DNA of 57,230 nt, counting the filler, from Sphacelaria rigidula (Eukaryota), in the NCBI GenBank assembly GCA_964200075.2. It is 5 parts of 5 records of this genome, joined end to end, with 100 filler letters (N's around TTAATTAATTAA, not from the genome) between each part and the next. Parts side by side here need not be neighbours in the genome. Positions count along the whole stretch, not along the records: positions 22,935 to 34,300 come from CAXNAA020005017.1; positions 34,401 to 45,765 come from CAXNAA020005018.1; 3 more parts are not named here. One strand, written 5' to 3'. Positions 22,935 through 36,914 of this stretch are shown piece after piece (within the stretch, counting starts at the first letter, position 1; each line of letters opens with the position of its first letter). The notes beneath the pieces are model-generated. The model made no database searches. It was not told where the DNA came from and saw nothing but the letters and a program-made list of their open reading frames with translations. The translations under genes were made by a program, and so were the position numbers.

Positions 22935-25695
22935 TGAAGCCACCGCTTCACCAGCTGGGTGCATTACTCCTCGAACTGTGGCGATGTCAAAATCGACGGG
23001 AAAGTCATATGTTTCGGGTCTGACGCTGAATATGAAACTAAGTTCTGAATCTCATGAATATAGTATTGTTTACACATGACAAGGATATGACCGCGTAACG
23101 ACTTGGTAATGGGAAGGCGCACCCATCTAGCACGCCGTTCCTATAATATAGAGCCGTTCGTGTAAATTTTGTCTAATGTCAGCCAAATTTCCCCAACCTT
23201 GCACCACATGAACTTCGAATATTGGATCACATGGACACCCATACAACTCATACCACTCTTTTCACCTGGAAGACTCGCCATCTATCTGTCGACAGGGCCT
23301 AGTGCGTTAGTGATAGTCAACGGATGTCGTGTCATGATTGCTTCGCCGACCTGCGATAATACCCTGTACGCACACACAGGCTAGACAAGACTCCCGCATG
23401 TCGACACTGAGGAGGGCAGAAGGTGGTGTCTTCGGCGTTGTGAGAGCCGCACCGCACCACCATAGCGTTGGTGAAGCTTTTCGGCATCAAGTTAATCCGG
23501 TACGGTAGCTGTATGCCGGGTGAACACGCGTGACACTGACACGAGCGGGCAACGCATGCGCAGCCATTATTGCAACGGTGGACGAGTCAGAACATGATGT
23601 TCGTGGCATCCCAGTGCCTATATACCTTATATTGTACAAGGTAATGGTGGCTACACGTTGAAAAGTGGCCAATGTTATAAGTTCCGATGTACAGTGAGGG
23701 CTGGGGGCAAAGAAAACGTAGTGCCAGGTGGAGATGTGCGCGCCATACAGCCCCCAAGGCGTACTGCAGTTTCACCATGTTTTCCATCCACACCGCCAAA
23801 CACGCGACGATGAAAGGCATTGGTCGGCGCACTATAAATTCCCCGAGTACGAAAACATTGGCCCGAGAACTATAAAACGAAGAAAAACCCCATTCTTTTT
23901 CTCCCGAGAGGGAAACAGCTACAAGTGGCCAATCGGCTCCCTCAGGGGGTATATCTATCTATATACAGTATATATATCAACTCTCGGGTGTTGAGATTCT
24001 CATGTAGAGCACGCGGGATGTGAAAATTCTAGCGTGGAAATATCCCTCTTAGTTCACGTGCCACAAGGTTTGTACCTCGAGAGTATTTAAATTAAAGCGA
24101 AAAAAGACACTCTGGAGGACCAAGATTGCTCGAGAGCATACGGTATGTGAGACCTCAGGATGGCACATATTCCTCTAGAGGGGAATCAAGTCCTCCAGAG
24201 GATCGCAGACGACTACAAATATTCTCGACTAAGAATCAACAACGACCGAAGCAGAGTATTACGAAATGCTCTGAGGGTTAGGAAAATATTTCACAGAATG
24301 GGGAGCCGATTGATTGGCCCCGTTTGAGCTCATCGTTACCCCCCAAGCTGGCGTGTCAAGACCTCACTCATATTGCGTTCAACATTCTCAACACAACCCT
24401 CCTGCTCGTACGCGAACCAAACACATACACACCACGACAAGAGAAAACAGATTCACAGCCACAGCGCCCACCACTAGTGCGCATTCTTCTTCTCCCAAAA
24501 GGTACCTGACGCTCCACACTACAGTACCGTACTGCCGAAGTTGCACCTTCATACATATGACAGAAAAACGAGACAAAAAAACAGGAGCAGAACTCATGAC
24601 AACTTTTAGACAGCACAAACACTCATGATGATACCTGGAGATATATATTATCCACACGCAGCAAGCGTGAGAACGCGCGCGTAACACGAGACATCAGCAT
24701 CACGTCAAAACATTTTGCTATTCATCTCAACATCAAACCCAGCACAAAAAAACAAGCAGGATGGGAGACAGTCACCCCAACCTACTCCACTCGCCGCCCC
24801 TGGCTCTCCTTCTTACTCATCTCGACTTGATTTGATTCATAATACAGGCGTCAAAGACCCCATCAACACAATCAGAACGTGTATCGTCAGGACGCATGCA
24901 CTGCTGCTTCCAGTGACCAAAACACACCAAGACGAGCATTGATTGCTGACGCTTGGCTCCGCCTGCCTTCTCCAGCGCCACGACACGCATCCCTAAAAAA
25001 GGCGACACCCCACCCGGCGCAAACAGCAGAGCTTCCGAACGACGGCGTCTCCATTACAGCTACCCCGACCTGTCCCACCCGCATATATCAAGCTACTGCT
25101 CTGTATTTCGAGTAGGCTACCTGCTGCCCGCATGGCCCTCCGCTCACACCTTCACCTCAGAAAAAAAAATCGATACAATTTCGTTGCCATCATGCACAAC
25201 CCTTGAAAACCCTTTGATCGCGAGGGCAGGTCAACTACTGAACCGGCATCAATTTTCACTTGAAACGAATATGCGTGATCTAGATGGAATACCCGCACTG
25301 CGGTCTAAGGGTTAACGTAAGTAGGCAACAGGAACTACAGGGGGGAGGAGGAGGGGGGGAAAGGGATGAACGAACAGAACGACCCCTCGTCATCGAAGGA
25401 CAACAGCGGGGGGAACAAACACCATCCGCCACCTCATCAAATCACGGCCGCGCGCTCCTGCCAATATTCCCCAGAAACAAACAATGTTCACGTTTCTATC
25501 GGCGAGTGAGCGAGCGAGCAAGCGCGCACTGCACAGGCAAGCAAGCGGAGAGTGAGCACTCTTCTTCTTTCCCTCACGACTTGCTGTCCACACGGTACAC
25601 ACCAGTGGGAAAAAACGCAGCACAAAAAAATAAGAAGCAAACAATCGGTTCGACCCTCATCGAACAGCACCCAGAGCAGTAGAGAACCACCTCTT

Positions 25696-25757
<62 letters not shown>

Positions 25758-25937
25758 TTCGTTCTTTCTTTCTCCTCTTTCTCTGTCTTCCTTTTTTNNN
25801 NNNNNNNAAAAAACAACCGGGTCCCCCCCCCCCCAACCGCCCCCCCAGCCCGCAGGAACCCCCCCCTCTCCCCCCCCCCCCCCCCCCTCCTCGAACCAAA
25901 GATTGCGCTTCTGAACTTTCCGCATGGTTTTTTTTGT

Positions 25938-28900
25938 CTACTTCTTCTTTCCTTTGCCTTTCTTCTTGGAGCTGGTCTTCTTCTTCCCCCCTCCGCCGGG
26001 CATGTTCTGGCGCAGCTCGACTGCAAACGAGTCTAAGGCGTCCTGCTGGGCCTGCAGATTGAGGTCGTCCCCGCTGTCCTCGGACACATGGCCCTTGCCC
26101 TTCTTCTTTCCCTCGCTGCAAACGCCCGTATTGGTATGCAAAAGAAAAAAAAGTGAGAGAAAGAAATGGCGCGTTCAGAGGGGGATTTCGCGCGGTTCGA
26201 CATGATAGCAGTTACCCTGGTGGGCGTGGGGGATGATCTGCAATCTGCAGGCCACAGACATGGCTGCAAGAGGTACTAAGGGCCTTCCTTCAACACACGA
26301 GGACTAATATATCCGTTACATTTATTCGTGGAAGAACATAGACACGGTTGCGTTCTGTAGGTTGGGGTGATACCGGCTGAAATTCGGGTATTTACAGAAA
26401 GTGTAAAACACGTACTATACCGGCAAATGAACTTTCTTGGATAATTCTGGAGTGTTCGTAACAGGGCTCGAAATTAGAGCTCGGAAAGGGTTGGTCTGAC
26501 CATTGAGCTGTTGAATGGTTACGCGTAGCGCACTCATTAACCAGTTAAATGGCACTACTTACTTCTTCCTGGAGCACTCCGTCTTGTGGCCCGCACTCCA
26601 GTCTTTGGATTGACACTCGGAAGTGCAGTACCAGGCTTGGTTGCACAGCGAACACTGCTTCACGTTACTGCGGATGTGCAACACCTTGCCTGCGGGACAG
26701 GCAGCACATCATGTACGGAACAGCAAAACTGATGATAATCACGACATGGCAGTGAACGACAATATGATATACAAATATAACGATATAACAACAACAATAG
26801 CAATAGCCAGAGGAGCTGGGCCAGCCTAGATGCGTATTCAAACTCTCAAAGCAGTATCTCATCGACACAGACGAGTTGCGCCGTGATCTGCATATCGCGT
26901 TAATCGTCTGATCACGGGGAAGGGGCTCATGTGCTCAAAACTCTGGGCATTTTTTTTTCTAGTTGATTAGATCCCACGCCTAGTAATTCCTGTACCGTAC
27001 GGAGATAGCGTCCATACTACAGTCTGTATGGAACCCCAAACGATTCATACCGCGGATGATGGCGATTTTTGGTGTGGACGTTCCCTCGAGCACGGGGAAA
27101 CGATCGATACCTCCACTTTTGCCTAATTCTTTATCTATCTCGAGATATGGCGCACATAAGGTTCTATAATAAAATGATTACTTTTCAAGCAGAGGCACTC
27201 GAGGCACTAAATCTGGATATCGCGTCGTAGTTTCTGAGAGTTGTGCCTTGAAATTCGTGTGAAGAATCGCTGGTTCAAAATGAAGAAAAAATTCATCGTT
27301 ATCTGGGTTCCTCCCCCCCCACTTTCCTCCATTTTTTTGTTTTTTCAGGGGAGTTTGAAGGGAAAACAGACGATGCTCTCGGACATCATCTCAATTTTTC
27401 AGCTCAATTTCAAGAATTGAAATTCGAATCTTATCGTGGAGATTTGCAAAGGCATGCCGAAGAAAAAAATTTATATGGGCCCCTCATTTCTATTTTTGGA
27501 GACGTACGGGCCTGCTCGTGAAAAAATGGTGTTTACAATACTAAAGCGTCCTAAGAAAGAGAATACAAGAATATATGTCAACCTTTTCCACTTTTTTCGG
27601 TTAGTTATGGCCTAGCGAAGTACCCCACAAAGATTCAAAACACAAGTACCAAACCTGGGCCGGTAAATGGCCTTGACAATGGTGTTCCGAATATCTCCCG
27701 GCCCGGTTTCTCAATCGCCCCGTCTCACCTCAATTTCGCGAGTTGAACTTCGAAATTTGGTACGGAGGAAGAACAGGGCATGCTAATAAGGTGTCGATCG
27801 GGACGTGCATATTTGTTCTCGTGAGTTAACGGTGTTTTTCTGATATCTAGATACTGATTATTGCCCTCAACTCACGGGGAAAAAAAAGAAGCACGTCCCG
27901 ATTGACAGCTTTTCAGCATAAGCCTTATTCTTCCTTCGTATCAAATTTCAAAGTCCAACTTGCGAAGTTGAGGTGAGACGCCCATCGACAGAACGTCTAA
28001 CAGGTTCAGGGTATACATAGCCTGCTGTGCTCATTGGCAATGTGCGCAATAGGCTAGATTTTTACTCCATACATTTTTTTTTTCCTTTCTTTATGGTAAC
28101 TATTGGCCGCCGTTTGTCCGGGGTATGCGATAATGATGACCACAACCACATCAAACAAGATGATACTTGAAAAAAACTCACAGCCCTTGCATGCCATCAT
28201 CCGATCTGGGATAGGTCGCGCTTCGGATGTCGGATCAGCGATGTACTTCTCCCTGCCCGAGGCCGTCCTCGACTTCACCTGTGCACGGGGCAGCAGTAGC
28301 AGCACAAGCAGCACAAGCAGCAGCAACAACAACCAACAACAACGCGCAACAAAACAAAATTAAAGGGGGTCGAAATAATTCTTCCCTCTCGCAACAAGAT
28401 TTTCCGTTCATACATCACACCACTATTGACAACACACTTGTGTTTTGTCATCCCGTCTATGCTGCACGTCAGTCTATATATACACCATTCGGTGTATGTG
28501 GGCGCAGCCGAGCCAGGGACACACAAGAGGAACGCCAACATGTACAAGTGTTTCCTTTTTTTCATTTTATTTTGGCATTTCACCTCCCTTCTGCGGTGCC
28601 TGCCTTACTGTGTGTTTATCGCGAGAAGGGTTTAGCGGTCCCTTTTCCCTCGTCGACCGTGAAACCGAGTTTTGCGTACTCACGACATGGTCGCCCTCCA
28701 CTGTTGGGCATTGTGTGACAAAAATCCAAGATCGTGTGATTTCATCGAGATTCGAACTCACGTCCCAATCGTCAAAAGGTTTCGAGGTTACCAAATGAGC
28801 CACCGGGGCGATCCGCAACTTGAAGACGATAAATTGCGTGACATCCCATCAACTCCTCAGCTCCTCAGCTTGGCGAGGCGGGGCCAGGACGAAGAGGCAA

Positions 28901-29270
28901 CACAGGCGATCACCGCCCCATGGATCCTCCGTACAGTCCCCCCTACACCGAAAAACGTGGAATTGAAAAAAAAAACACAAGAAAAATTCGAGCAGGATAC
29001 ATATCCTCGCCGTGCATTACACTGGAGTCATTTCCCATCACATGTAACACGCACTTAAAACGACGAACAACTTGCAACAAGAAAATTGAGCGTGGTTTCC
29101 AGACACACACACATCTGTTAGTATCTGGGCTCGTCTGAAGTTATCTTTAACTCATCACAGCCGCTCCTTTTCACTGCAACGCGACCACCTCCTCATCACC
29201 TTCATGATAACAAAGGATTAGACCGTCGTCATTTTCCACTTCCACGTACGGTGAGCTTAATATGGCACCC

Positions 29271-29305
<35 letters not shown>

Positions 29306-32300
29306 TCAAGGGTCGGACGAATGAATGATTCGTCTGGAAATTACTTGATTTTCGTGTGATTGATTCGGATCAATCATTCATTCGGCTTTGTTTTCAGCGT
29401 TGCGGTCCAGGTACGCGCAGCCCAGGCACGTGGAATGGCGCAAAAAAGGCGTGAAGACCTTCTGGATCAGCGGTCATTTTTCTTTCTCCTTGTTGAGCAA
29501 CCAGGCCTGAAAAATCGTGGATTTGGTGATTCGAACCGGCGATGATTCGTCCGAACCGTGATATACACATATGAGGGTCCAAGGTCATGTTCATGTTTTT
29601 TGCCCCAGCTATACCTTGTACTTGGCTTCCTCAGCCATGGTGTCTCCGATGGGCAGCTTGCGCTTGCTGTTTTCTTTTTGGATCTCCCTGCCCATACACC
29701 AAAATTGGGAAATGGGGAGGGGGGGTGGGGGGAATCGGACAGGAGGACAGGAGGACAGGAGGACAGGAGGACAGGAGGACAGGAGGCGAACGTCAAACAC
29801 AAGGTAATGAGTCAGACGGCGGTGCTCACTCGATTGACCCAGTGAGGGAAACACGCCATCAGCTGTCAAAATTGCACCACCTGGACAACCGAGATTACAC
29901 CGTCAAAAAATGTACTGCGTACAGTATTGAATTTATTGTCTATTTGCAATAGGCGCAATAGTCGATACTGCATGCAGTACACTTTTTGACAATTTAATAA
30001 CTTTGACCACGGTGTGCAAAATTGCCCTGATACCATTTCCCATGTGCTATCATACTGTGTGATCGACTTTACATTTCGTATCATGATAGTATCGATACTC
30101 TACGTACACAATATCTATCAAAGGTTGACATCCTGTAATCCTCTACAATGAACGAGAATTGACCTTATAAAATGTCAGACAACGAAGTGTACCGATATGT
30201 TGATGTGGGTTCATTCCCGATGAGTATCTCAACCCCCAACACTACATCGGCGCTCCTTCCTTCACACACCCACGAGCCCCAGTTGGACAATAATCCTGTC
30301 TACGACGACGACGACCTTAGAATAACCTCGCCAGATATCATCTGATCTACATTGAGAGGAAAAGAAAACAAGAAACATCGTCGAAAAACTTGAGCGTACT
30401 CAATCCTTGTTGTGGAATATTCAAAGTCCTCACAAATACAACAATAGACATGGTTACTTGGATGAGCAATTTCGTTTCTAGTTGTAGGTGCTGGTACACA
30501 TTTGAGTCGGGATTTTCCACACAATTTCCGTCTTCCTCCCGCCTCTTTCCCCAAAAACTTCACATACAAAGGTCGAAAAAAATCAGTTACAAAATCACAC
30601 CCGCCCAAAATTCCACGGTATACCCATCACCTCTCAAACGAGCAAAAAAAACAACAATCTCGCGAAAACATTTTAACACACATGTATCTATATATATATA
30701 TATATCCATTGATCTATATTTTCCACACGTCGAACAGCTCATTATCTACCTGAATATTACTTTGTATCAGAGTACTGATCCAGATCATGAACTAGCTCAT
30801 TTGGCCACTATTTCCGTATAAGCTCCCGACAGTCATGGACGCCGACCACGCCGTGTAGCGGGAAGGTAACGCTATGGCTTCTCGAACACTACTGTCACTG
30901 ATTTTGAGGGTCCTCTTCGATTAGCTGTTTCAGGTAAGCTTATGAGCTGTCCACATCCTGGACAGTATATGGTCAATAGATGCAATAGACGAGAAGTGTA
31001 CTGCATGAAGTATAGGCCTATTGCAACTATCGCCGGCCGACTATAGTCGCAATAGACCTATACTTTTATGCAGCACGTTTCTTGTCTATTGTAACTATTG
31101 ACCATATATTGTCCAAGATGTGGACCTGTCCGACGTGTGCATTCTTCCAAAAAATTAAACCCACGCACAGATTGAAGTCGGCGAAAACGCCGTCCATGAT
31201 GGCGATAAGCGGAGATTCTTTGGTCTTCGCGTCGGAATCGGCGTTGGCCACCTTGTCCGAAGAAGCTGCTACGGTGACGCGGGTGCCCTCGAGGAGAGGA
31301 GACAAAAACTTGGCCAGAAGGGGGTCGGTTGTCGTCAAGTTCGCGGGGCGGATGCGCACCGCCTGGTCGTGTGCGGAGTGAGATAGCGTGGACGTAGGGA
31401 CGGGAAGGGAAGGGAGGTGGAATTCAAGGGCAGGCGGAGGCTAGAATACTCAATTGCGGGGTGTTTTGAAAGTCGTATTCAAAGCACACAAATTGGGGGT
31501 AGGGTTTGAGGGATCGCTTCCCAGTTACTTTTTGGGCTACGGCTTATATAACACTTAACACTAATTCAAGTACCTCATGTACGTCTTTCAAAATACCCCG
31601 CAATTGAGTATTTTCTACTCGACCTGCCCTTGGTGGAATTGACCGGCAATGCTTGTCCCATGAATCTTCAAGATACTGAGGAACATTCCAGTCAGTATTT
31701 AGTGATGCCCTCTTGATTTTGCTGGAGGGGCGGTTTTGACAGACGGGACACCGAAATGGGGCCCACACTTTGAGACCTGTTGCCTACCGTAGTCCTCTTT
31801 ACCATCATCATCCAGCGAAGTGTTCACGGGAACTTCGAACCCTTCGCGACGCCTGGCAATATGTGTCCACTTGTTTCAGTCTTCAAGGTCATGAGATGCG
31901 TGATCTTTTGCGTGCGCGCGCGCGTGTGTGTATGTTTGTGTTGTTGTCATCTCATCTATTCTGGGCGCCGGTCTACACCTTTCGGTATACACATGTGAGC
32001 GCACCAGCCGGGGTAACACAGATGAAAGGTCAACACGGGATTTTTTTTATCCTTTGCGTTGGTACTTCACCTTCCTTCTGCGGGGCTTGCCTTTCCTGTT
32101 ATCACGAGGAGGTTTCAGCGGCCCCCTTCCCCCGTCGACAGTAAAGTCGAACTTCGTGTATCCACAACATGGTCGCTCTCCACTGCTGGGTATGACGTGA
32201 GAAGAAACCCCGGACCGTGCGACTAGCACCGAGATTTGAACCCACGTCCCAACCGTCAAAAGGTTTCGAGGTTACCAACTGAGCCACCGAGGCGACCGGC

Positions 32301-33057
32301 AAAAAAGTATCGTGCGTCCCGCACTGTACAGGTACCAAACACCGTGTACCGCAGAGATGCCGTCAAAGACAAGTTTCATACCGCATACGCTGTACATAAT
32401 TTTCCGCAAAACCGGTTCCGAGGAGAACCCCCAAGATCTGGGCATCCCGTCCGCATGATACTTTGCTTACCAGGCGCGAGAGTGTTCATCAGCAGAAAGG
32501 GGAGGGACATGATCCCTTGAGACCATGGTTTCGTCTTGAGGACGGGTAGAGGCTGAAAATGTGACGTGGCGGGGAAAAAAACTGAAGAAAAAACAAACAG
32601 AAGCCATGTGTAGGAGCCTTGACAAGTGCGAGCCTCGTCTTGGAAAGAAGAGAAAACTCTCATAAACACTCTCTCACACATCCACATTTACATTTACGTT
32701 TACGTTTACGTTTACGTTTACGTTTACGTTTACGTTTACGTTTACGTTTACGTTTACGTTTACGTTTACGTTTGCGTTTGCGTTTACGTTTACGTTCACG
32801 TTCACACCCATACATACACACCCACACTCCAAACATATTTGTTTCGTCCGTGCTTCGATCACTCTACCAACAGCCAACCCACCTCGTCAATCATGCCCAT
32901 TCCCTCGGTGACCACGGCCATGACAATACCCTCCAGCACGTGTACAAAGGCCTTATCAGCATCCGTCTCTTCCAACGGAAACGAGTGGAAAATGTAACGG
33001 CTCGCCGGCGCGATGAGGACGCACAGGTACGGTGGCTTATCGTTCGGCGCGCATAGC
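25938..33057 (-). CDS. MYND zinc-finger protein, 5'-partial; exons 33057-32883, 31362-31169, 29687-29615, 28278-28182, 26689-26563, 26115-25938
   Basis: All introns are GT-AG with matching phases. The spliced peptide contains CKGCKVLHIRSNVKQCSLCNQAWYCTSECQSKDWSAGHKTEC (MYND consensus) and a Lys-rich C-terminus ending KKKGKGKKK*. The first exon was not found; it probably lies beyond the contig end. Confidence 0.88.
27721..27980. mobile_element. 260-bp foldback/MITE in an intron
   Basis: Termini cgtctcacctcaa and ttgaggtgagacg, ~110-bp diverged arms, ccc on both flanks. Confidence 0.85.
28440..28815 (-). mobile_element. tRNA-derived SINE (intronic)
   Basis: Head ggtggctcatttggtaacctcgaaaccttttgacg...gagttcgaatctc plus the same body as the other copies. 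Confidence 0.85.
29736..29785. repeat. (GGACAGGA)n octamer microsatellite
   Basis: About 6 tandem units. Confidence 0.9.
31925..32300 (-). mobile_element. tRNA-derived SINE (intronic)
   Basis: Head ggtggctcagttggtaacctcgaaaccttttgacggttgggacgtgggttcaaatctc plus conserved body and CA-rich tail. Confidence 0.87.
32684..32805. repeat. (TTTACG)n hexamer microsatellite
   Basis: About 20 tandem units with a few variants. Confidence 0.95.
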
Positions 33058-33694
33058 CTATCTCGATCGGGCAGGTCGTTGGGGAATAGGGCACGGATAG
33101 GTCGGGAAAAGGGTAGGCGACAACGGAACAGGAAACAGGGTCTGTCTGGCGGATAAAACGCTGGGTTTCTTTTTTCTTTATCTTCAGTTCCACGTTGTCC
33201 GACTTCCCTCAAGCGCGAACCTCTTTTCGCACCCACAGGATCATAATGGTATCTCGCATCACTGCACGTCTTGTTCTTTGGTGAGCGGAATACGCCGTAC
33301 CCTGGGTAAGGAATGGCAACAATGAAGAAAAATTGCATTGCGTTAATCAAGTATCGAGTCTATTGTCTATGAGGTTCAGAGATACTCTACGCATTACACT
33401 TGTCTTCCAATTGTCGTCGATTGTCCAGGGTGTGCAATATTTCCCTCATTTTCAGAAGCAAAAAATATATATTTTTGGCGCTTGACCAGCTTCGCACAGT
33501 CCGTTTCCAAGAGTTAAAAGCTGAACTTTTGACTCAAGGTTTATGCCATCAAGACGTAAAAACGTACTGCCTCAGCCAGAAGAAACACACACACACACAA
33601 ACACAAACACATTCGCGAAGTAGACTCCGGTCGAGACTCTGACAAAAAGTTGAAATGTCATAACGCACATATAACATGTATACATGTATATATA

Positions 33695-34300
33695 CAAGGT
33701 TCCCCTTCGAGAGGTTGGTTCAGGCCTCCCGGGGGTGACGCAAGTCGAAATTATATGGTTAAGGGAAGCTACTGTTGCATCTCAATGTACAGCAGTGGTC
33801 GTGGCTGTACAAAACATCGTATGTGTGATCGGATGTCGTTCGAAAGATGTGGGAATTCGGACGGAGGCCGACGGCGGAACCGCCGGCGTGGGACATGTGC
33901 GGTATTTCCTAGGTGCCAGAGTGCGAAGTAGCTCTCATGCCACAAAGACATGACAGCGGGAATCACTTCCCGAAAAATTGGAATGCGTGAAACATTCTTG
34001 GCATGTTCTTTGTACATCGCTGTGGCTTCCACATCACCGAGCCTTCTTTTAAGGTGATTATTTTTTGCGGCAAGACATTCCTGTGCTGCTGTGCCTTGTT
34101 CAACTCGCCAATGGCCCATTCCACGGTCTTGTGTTCGCTGCTGACTAAGGCCAAGGCAACGTTCGATTGTTTTCGACTGCTTTGCTCTCATGTTCTCGTG
34201 ACATTGGGGGCATAACCGGTGTGTTCGTGCTCCCCAATGAACGAGAACGCGACAAGGAGAAACACGGGAGCAAAATACTCCGCCAAAAGTAATCGAGGAA
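33695..34300 (-). mobile_element. Uninterrupted copy of the CAAGG-ended repeat (truncated by contig end)
   Basis: Reverse complement of 3023-3260 joined to 7118-7497. Confidence 0.85.
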
Positions 34301-34400
34301 NNNNNNNNNNNNNNNNNNNNNNNNNNNNNNNNNNNNNNNNNNNNTTAATTAATTAANNNNNNNNNNNNNNNNNNNNNNNNNNNNNNNNNNNNNNNNNNNN
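34301..34400. other. Artificial contig-joining spacer
   Basis: N44-TTAATTAATTAA-N44. Confidence 0.98.
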
Positions 34401-34954
34401 CCCCCCCCCCCCCCTGGACCGGGCACCTTGCCACGGCCCGGGCGAAGGGGAAGTTTTTCCCCCGCGCCGGGGGGGGGGGGGGGGGGAGAGGAATGTCGAT
34501 CGGACAAACGTGTCTCCCTTTGTGGAATGGGGTATTGACGCGAATATATGAGCGCTGATGGTACGCCCTAACCTATTGCAACTATTGTTCGGGGCGTGGT
34601 GTGGTATGCACAGTAGCTGTATATGACGCAGGCGACAATGAAACATACACCTCGAGAGCTTCCTAACCGCTGCACCATCCACGATGAATACGCCTAATGT
34701 AACCGCCGCCCCCACGTCGTCTGTTATACCGGCAGGAACCCGTCCACCTCCTCCAAATCGAGGCAACAGAAAAAAAGGAAAAAGAAGGCGCATCCTCCCC
34801 CAAATGCCGACCCAGGCGGAGGGAGCGAACCGGTGAAGTATCACAACGACCGTGTTTTGAAAACGCCGAGGGCGGCGATGCCGTTGATGCACGGATCATC
34901 CGACTAGATAGAGCAGGAGGAGAGGGGAGGGGGGGAGGGGAACACACCAGCTTT

Positions 34955-36690
34955 GTGCGTTCCGGCAGCGGTCGATCGGTGGGCGGACATGCCGTCGGCA
35001 AGAGAAGCGGCGAAGGCGTACGCCCAACTGGCCCCAAGCGGAGGGAGGAGGGCACACACCAAAAGTCCCCCGTCTCTCGGAAGAATGAGTCTTCGTCCGC
35101 GCCTTCTCAACAATCACAGAGTCGTGAGATCTCGGACGAGGACTCTGTCGTAGGTCATGGTGCCGGTCGTGGGAATAGCGACAACAACCGCAACAATACC
35201 GGCGGTGCGAAATGTGAGGGAAGTCAACGCACAAGGCAAGAAGCATCTGGTGGAGGCGGGCTCCCCGACAGGGATCGTGGCGGTGATGGTGACCGTGACA
35301 AGAAGAGCTGCGATGGTGATCCTAAGGAGGACGGCGCTCCGGTTTCTATGTACAGAACACCCAAGAGTGGTGTTGTGTTTTCATCCGATGGAGATGACAG
35401 CAGCTCCGATGAATCAGGTCCGTCACCGAAATCGGAAGCTGAGAGAGCCATCGACGTCGCCAAAGTTGGCAGGACAGGAATTCCTGTTGCACTAGACTCT
35501 GGGGGCGCTTTGGTTGGTGCAAGTCCCGTGCACCCTCCTGAAGGGTGAGGGTATGCTACAGTGCACACGTTTCACGGGAATGTAATTTTTGGACGAACGT
35601 CGAGACTATAACCCAAATGCATGTGCAGACGAATAAAGTAGTGGGATACAGCGGTGCCCGTCTTTCTAGAAACCTTCAAGAAATGTAACGCATCCGGTTC
35701 CTGAAACCGAGTCGGCGTCATCAAGTTTCCCTAAATTAATATTTTGGACCTTCTATTTTTCGGCGTGGATCAATTCATGACGCGGGCTGCCACCAAATAC
35801 TCCATAACCCCGGTGTTCTTCGTCCGTACCCTTACGTTTGCATCGTAGTGTTATCGAGAAGATACGAGAGGTCATAGATAATACCCGCACCAAGATCTCG
35901 CAGGGATTGATTCCCGACAAGGAAGCGGATGTGTGGAACGCGGTGTTCTCTGACATGCGCGAGGCAGCGGAACGTGACGATTGCACAAGACACCACGAAC
36001 GCCCACTTGTTCGCAACCAAAACGTCGGTGACCGCATTCGGCCGGATGAATACACGTTTCCTACTGCATACACCTTCGCCCCTTACTGGACCATGCCCCA
36101 GAAGAGGGTGGGTGCAAGTAGGCTGTCGTCATCCGACTTCGAGGACGCCGTATTAAGACAGTACATTTTTTTCCCCGGGGGTGGGGATTAATGCCTACTC
36201 CAACTGGTCAGGGATGGAAGAGCGAAGTTCCCGACTACCGACGCCGGTGCCGTTATGTGGCGCAACAAGAGGGAAGGTCTAGAAAGTAGACGTACGACTC
36301 GGGGAGGGAGTTGGCCCGGCCAGTGCTGAGTAGGAGTTGGTGCCGCAGATGTCGCGTGCTGGTATCTCCAGGCCGTTAATATCGGGGGGGGATGGGGAGC
36401 GCGGCACATGGGTTTCATTCCGCCGCAGGAACCGGTCGGCGGTGTACACCACGGCACCCGCCGAGTAGGAAGTTTCCTCCACTATGTATTGCAATCGAAT
36501 AGCATGGCAGAAGAAAGGAAGCAAGGCTGCTTCGTTTCACGAGACGTCCCACAAGGCATCGGGGTTCTGTTTTGCAGGATTCGTTTATGTACTGTACAGT
36601 TTTGGACAAGGGTTAGCTAAGACATGCTCATCGGACGGCTTGTGTGACGTGAACATGGCACTTTCAGGCTGTGATGTTGCCTCTTGATTG
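34955..36690 (+). pseudogene. Decayed intron-containing gene of unknown family, possibly transposon-encoded
   Basis: A low-complexity ORF to 35544 joins in phase (GT at 35545, AG at 35848) to VIEKIREVIDNTR...PDEYTFPTAYTFAPYW. Stops and frameshifts follow 36189. Confidence 0.45.
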
Positions 36691-36914
36691 AAATCTTCAA
36701 TACGTAGCCCACGCAATCCCATGTAACTGGCATGAACGCTTTTATTCGGTTATAAATAATTCACCGCTGCTCGCATCGGCTTCAGGCACATGTATCGGGG
36801 GGCGTGTAGTGGCTCAAATTTACTGTCTTGTGGGCTAGCATCACTTTATCATGCTGGTTTCCGGATGGCAGACGTTTTGGACATCCCACCAAAATCGCTA
36901 GAGGCGAGCGAATG

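Noticed and set aside
25488..26026. Poly-Gly/poly-Pro ORFs
   Set aside because: Translations of poly-C runs beside an N gap; low-quality homopolymer sequence.
32619..33056. (RL)n, (YV)n and (NV)n ORFs
   Set aside because: Products of the intronic TTTACG microsatellite.
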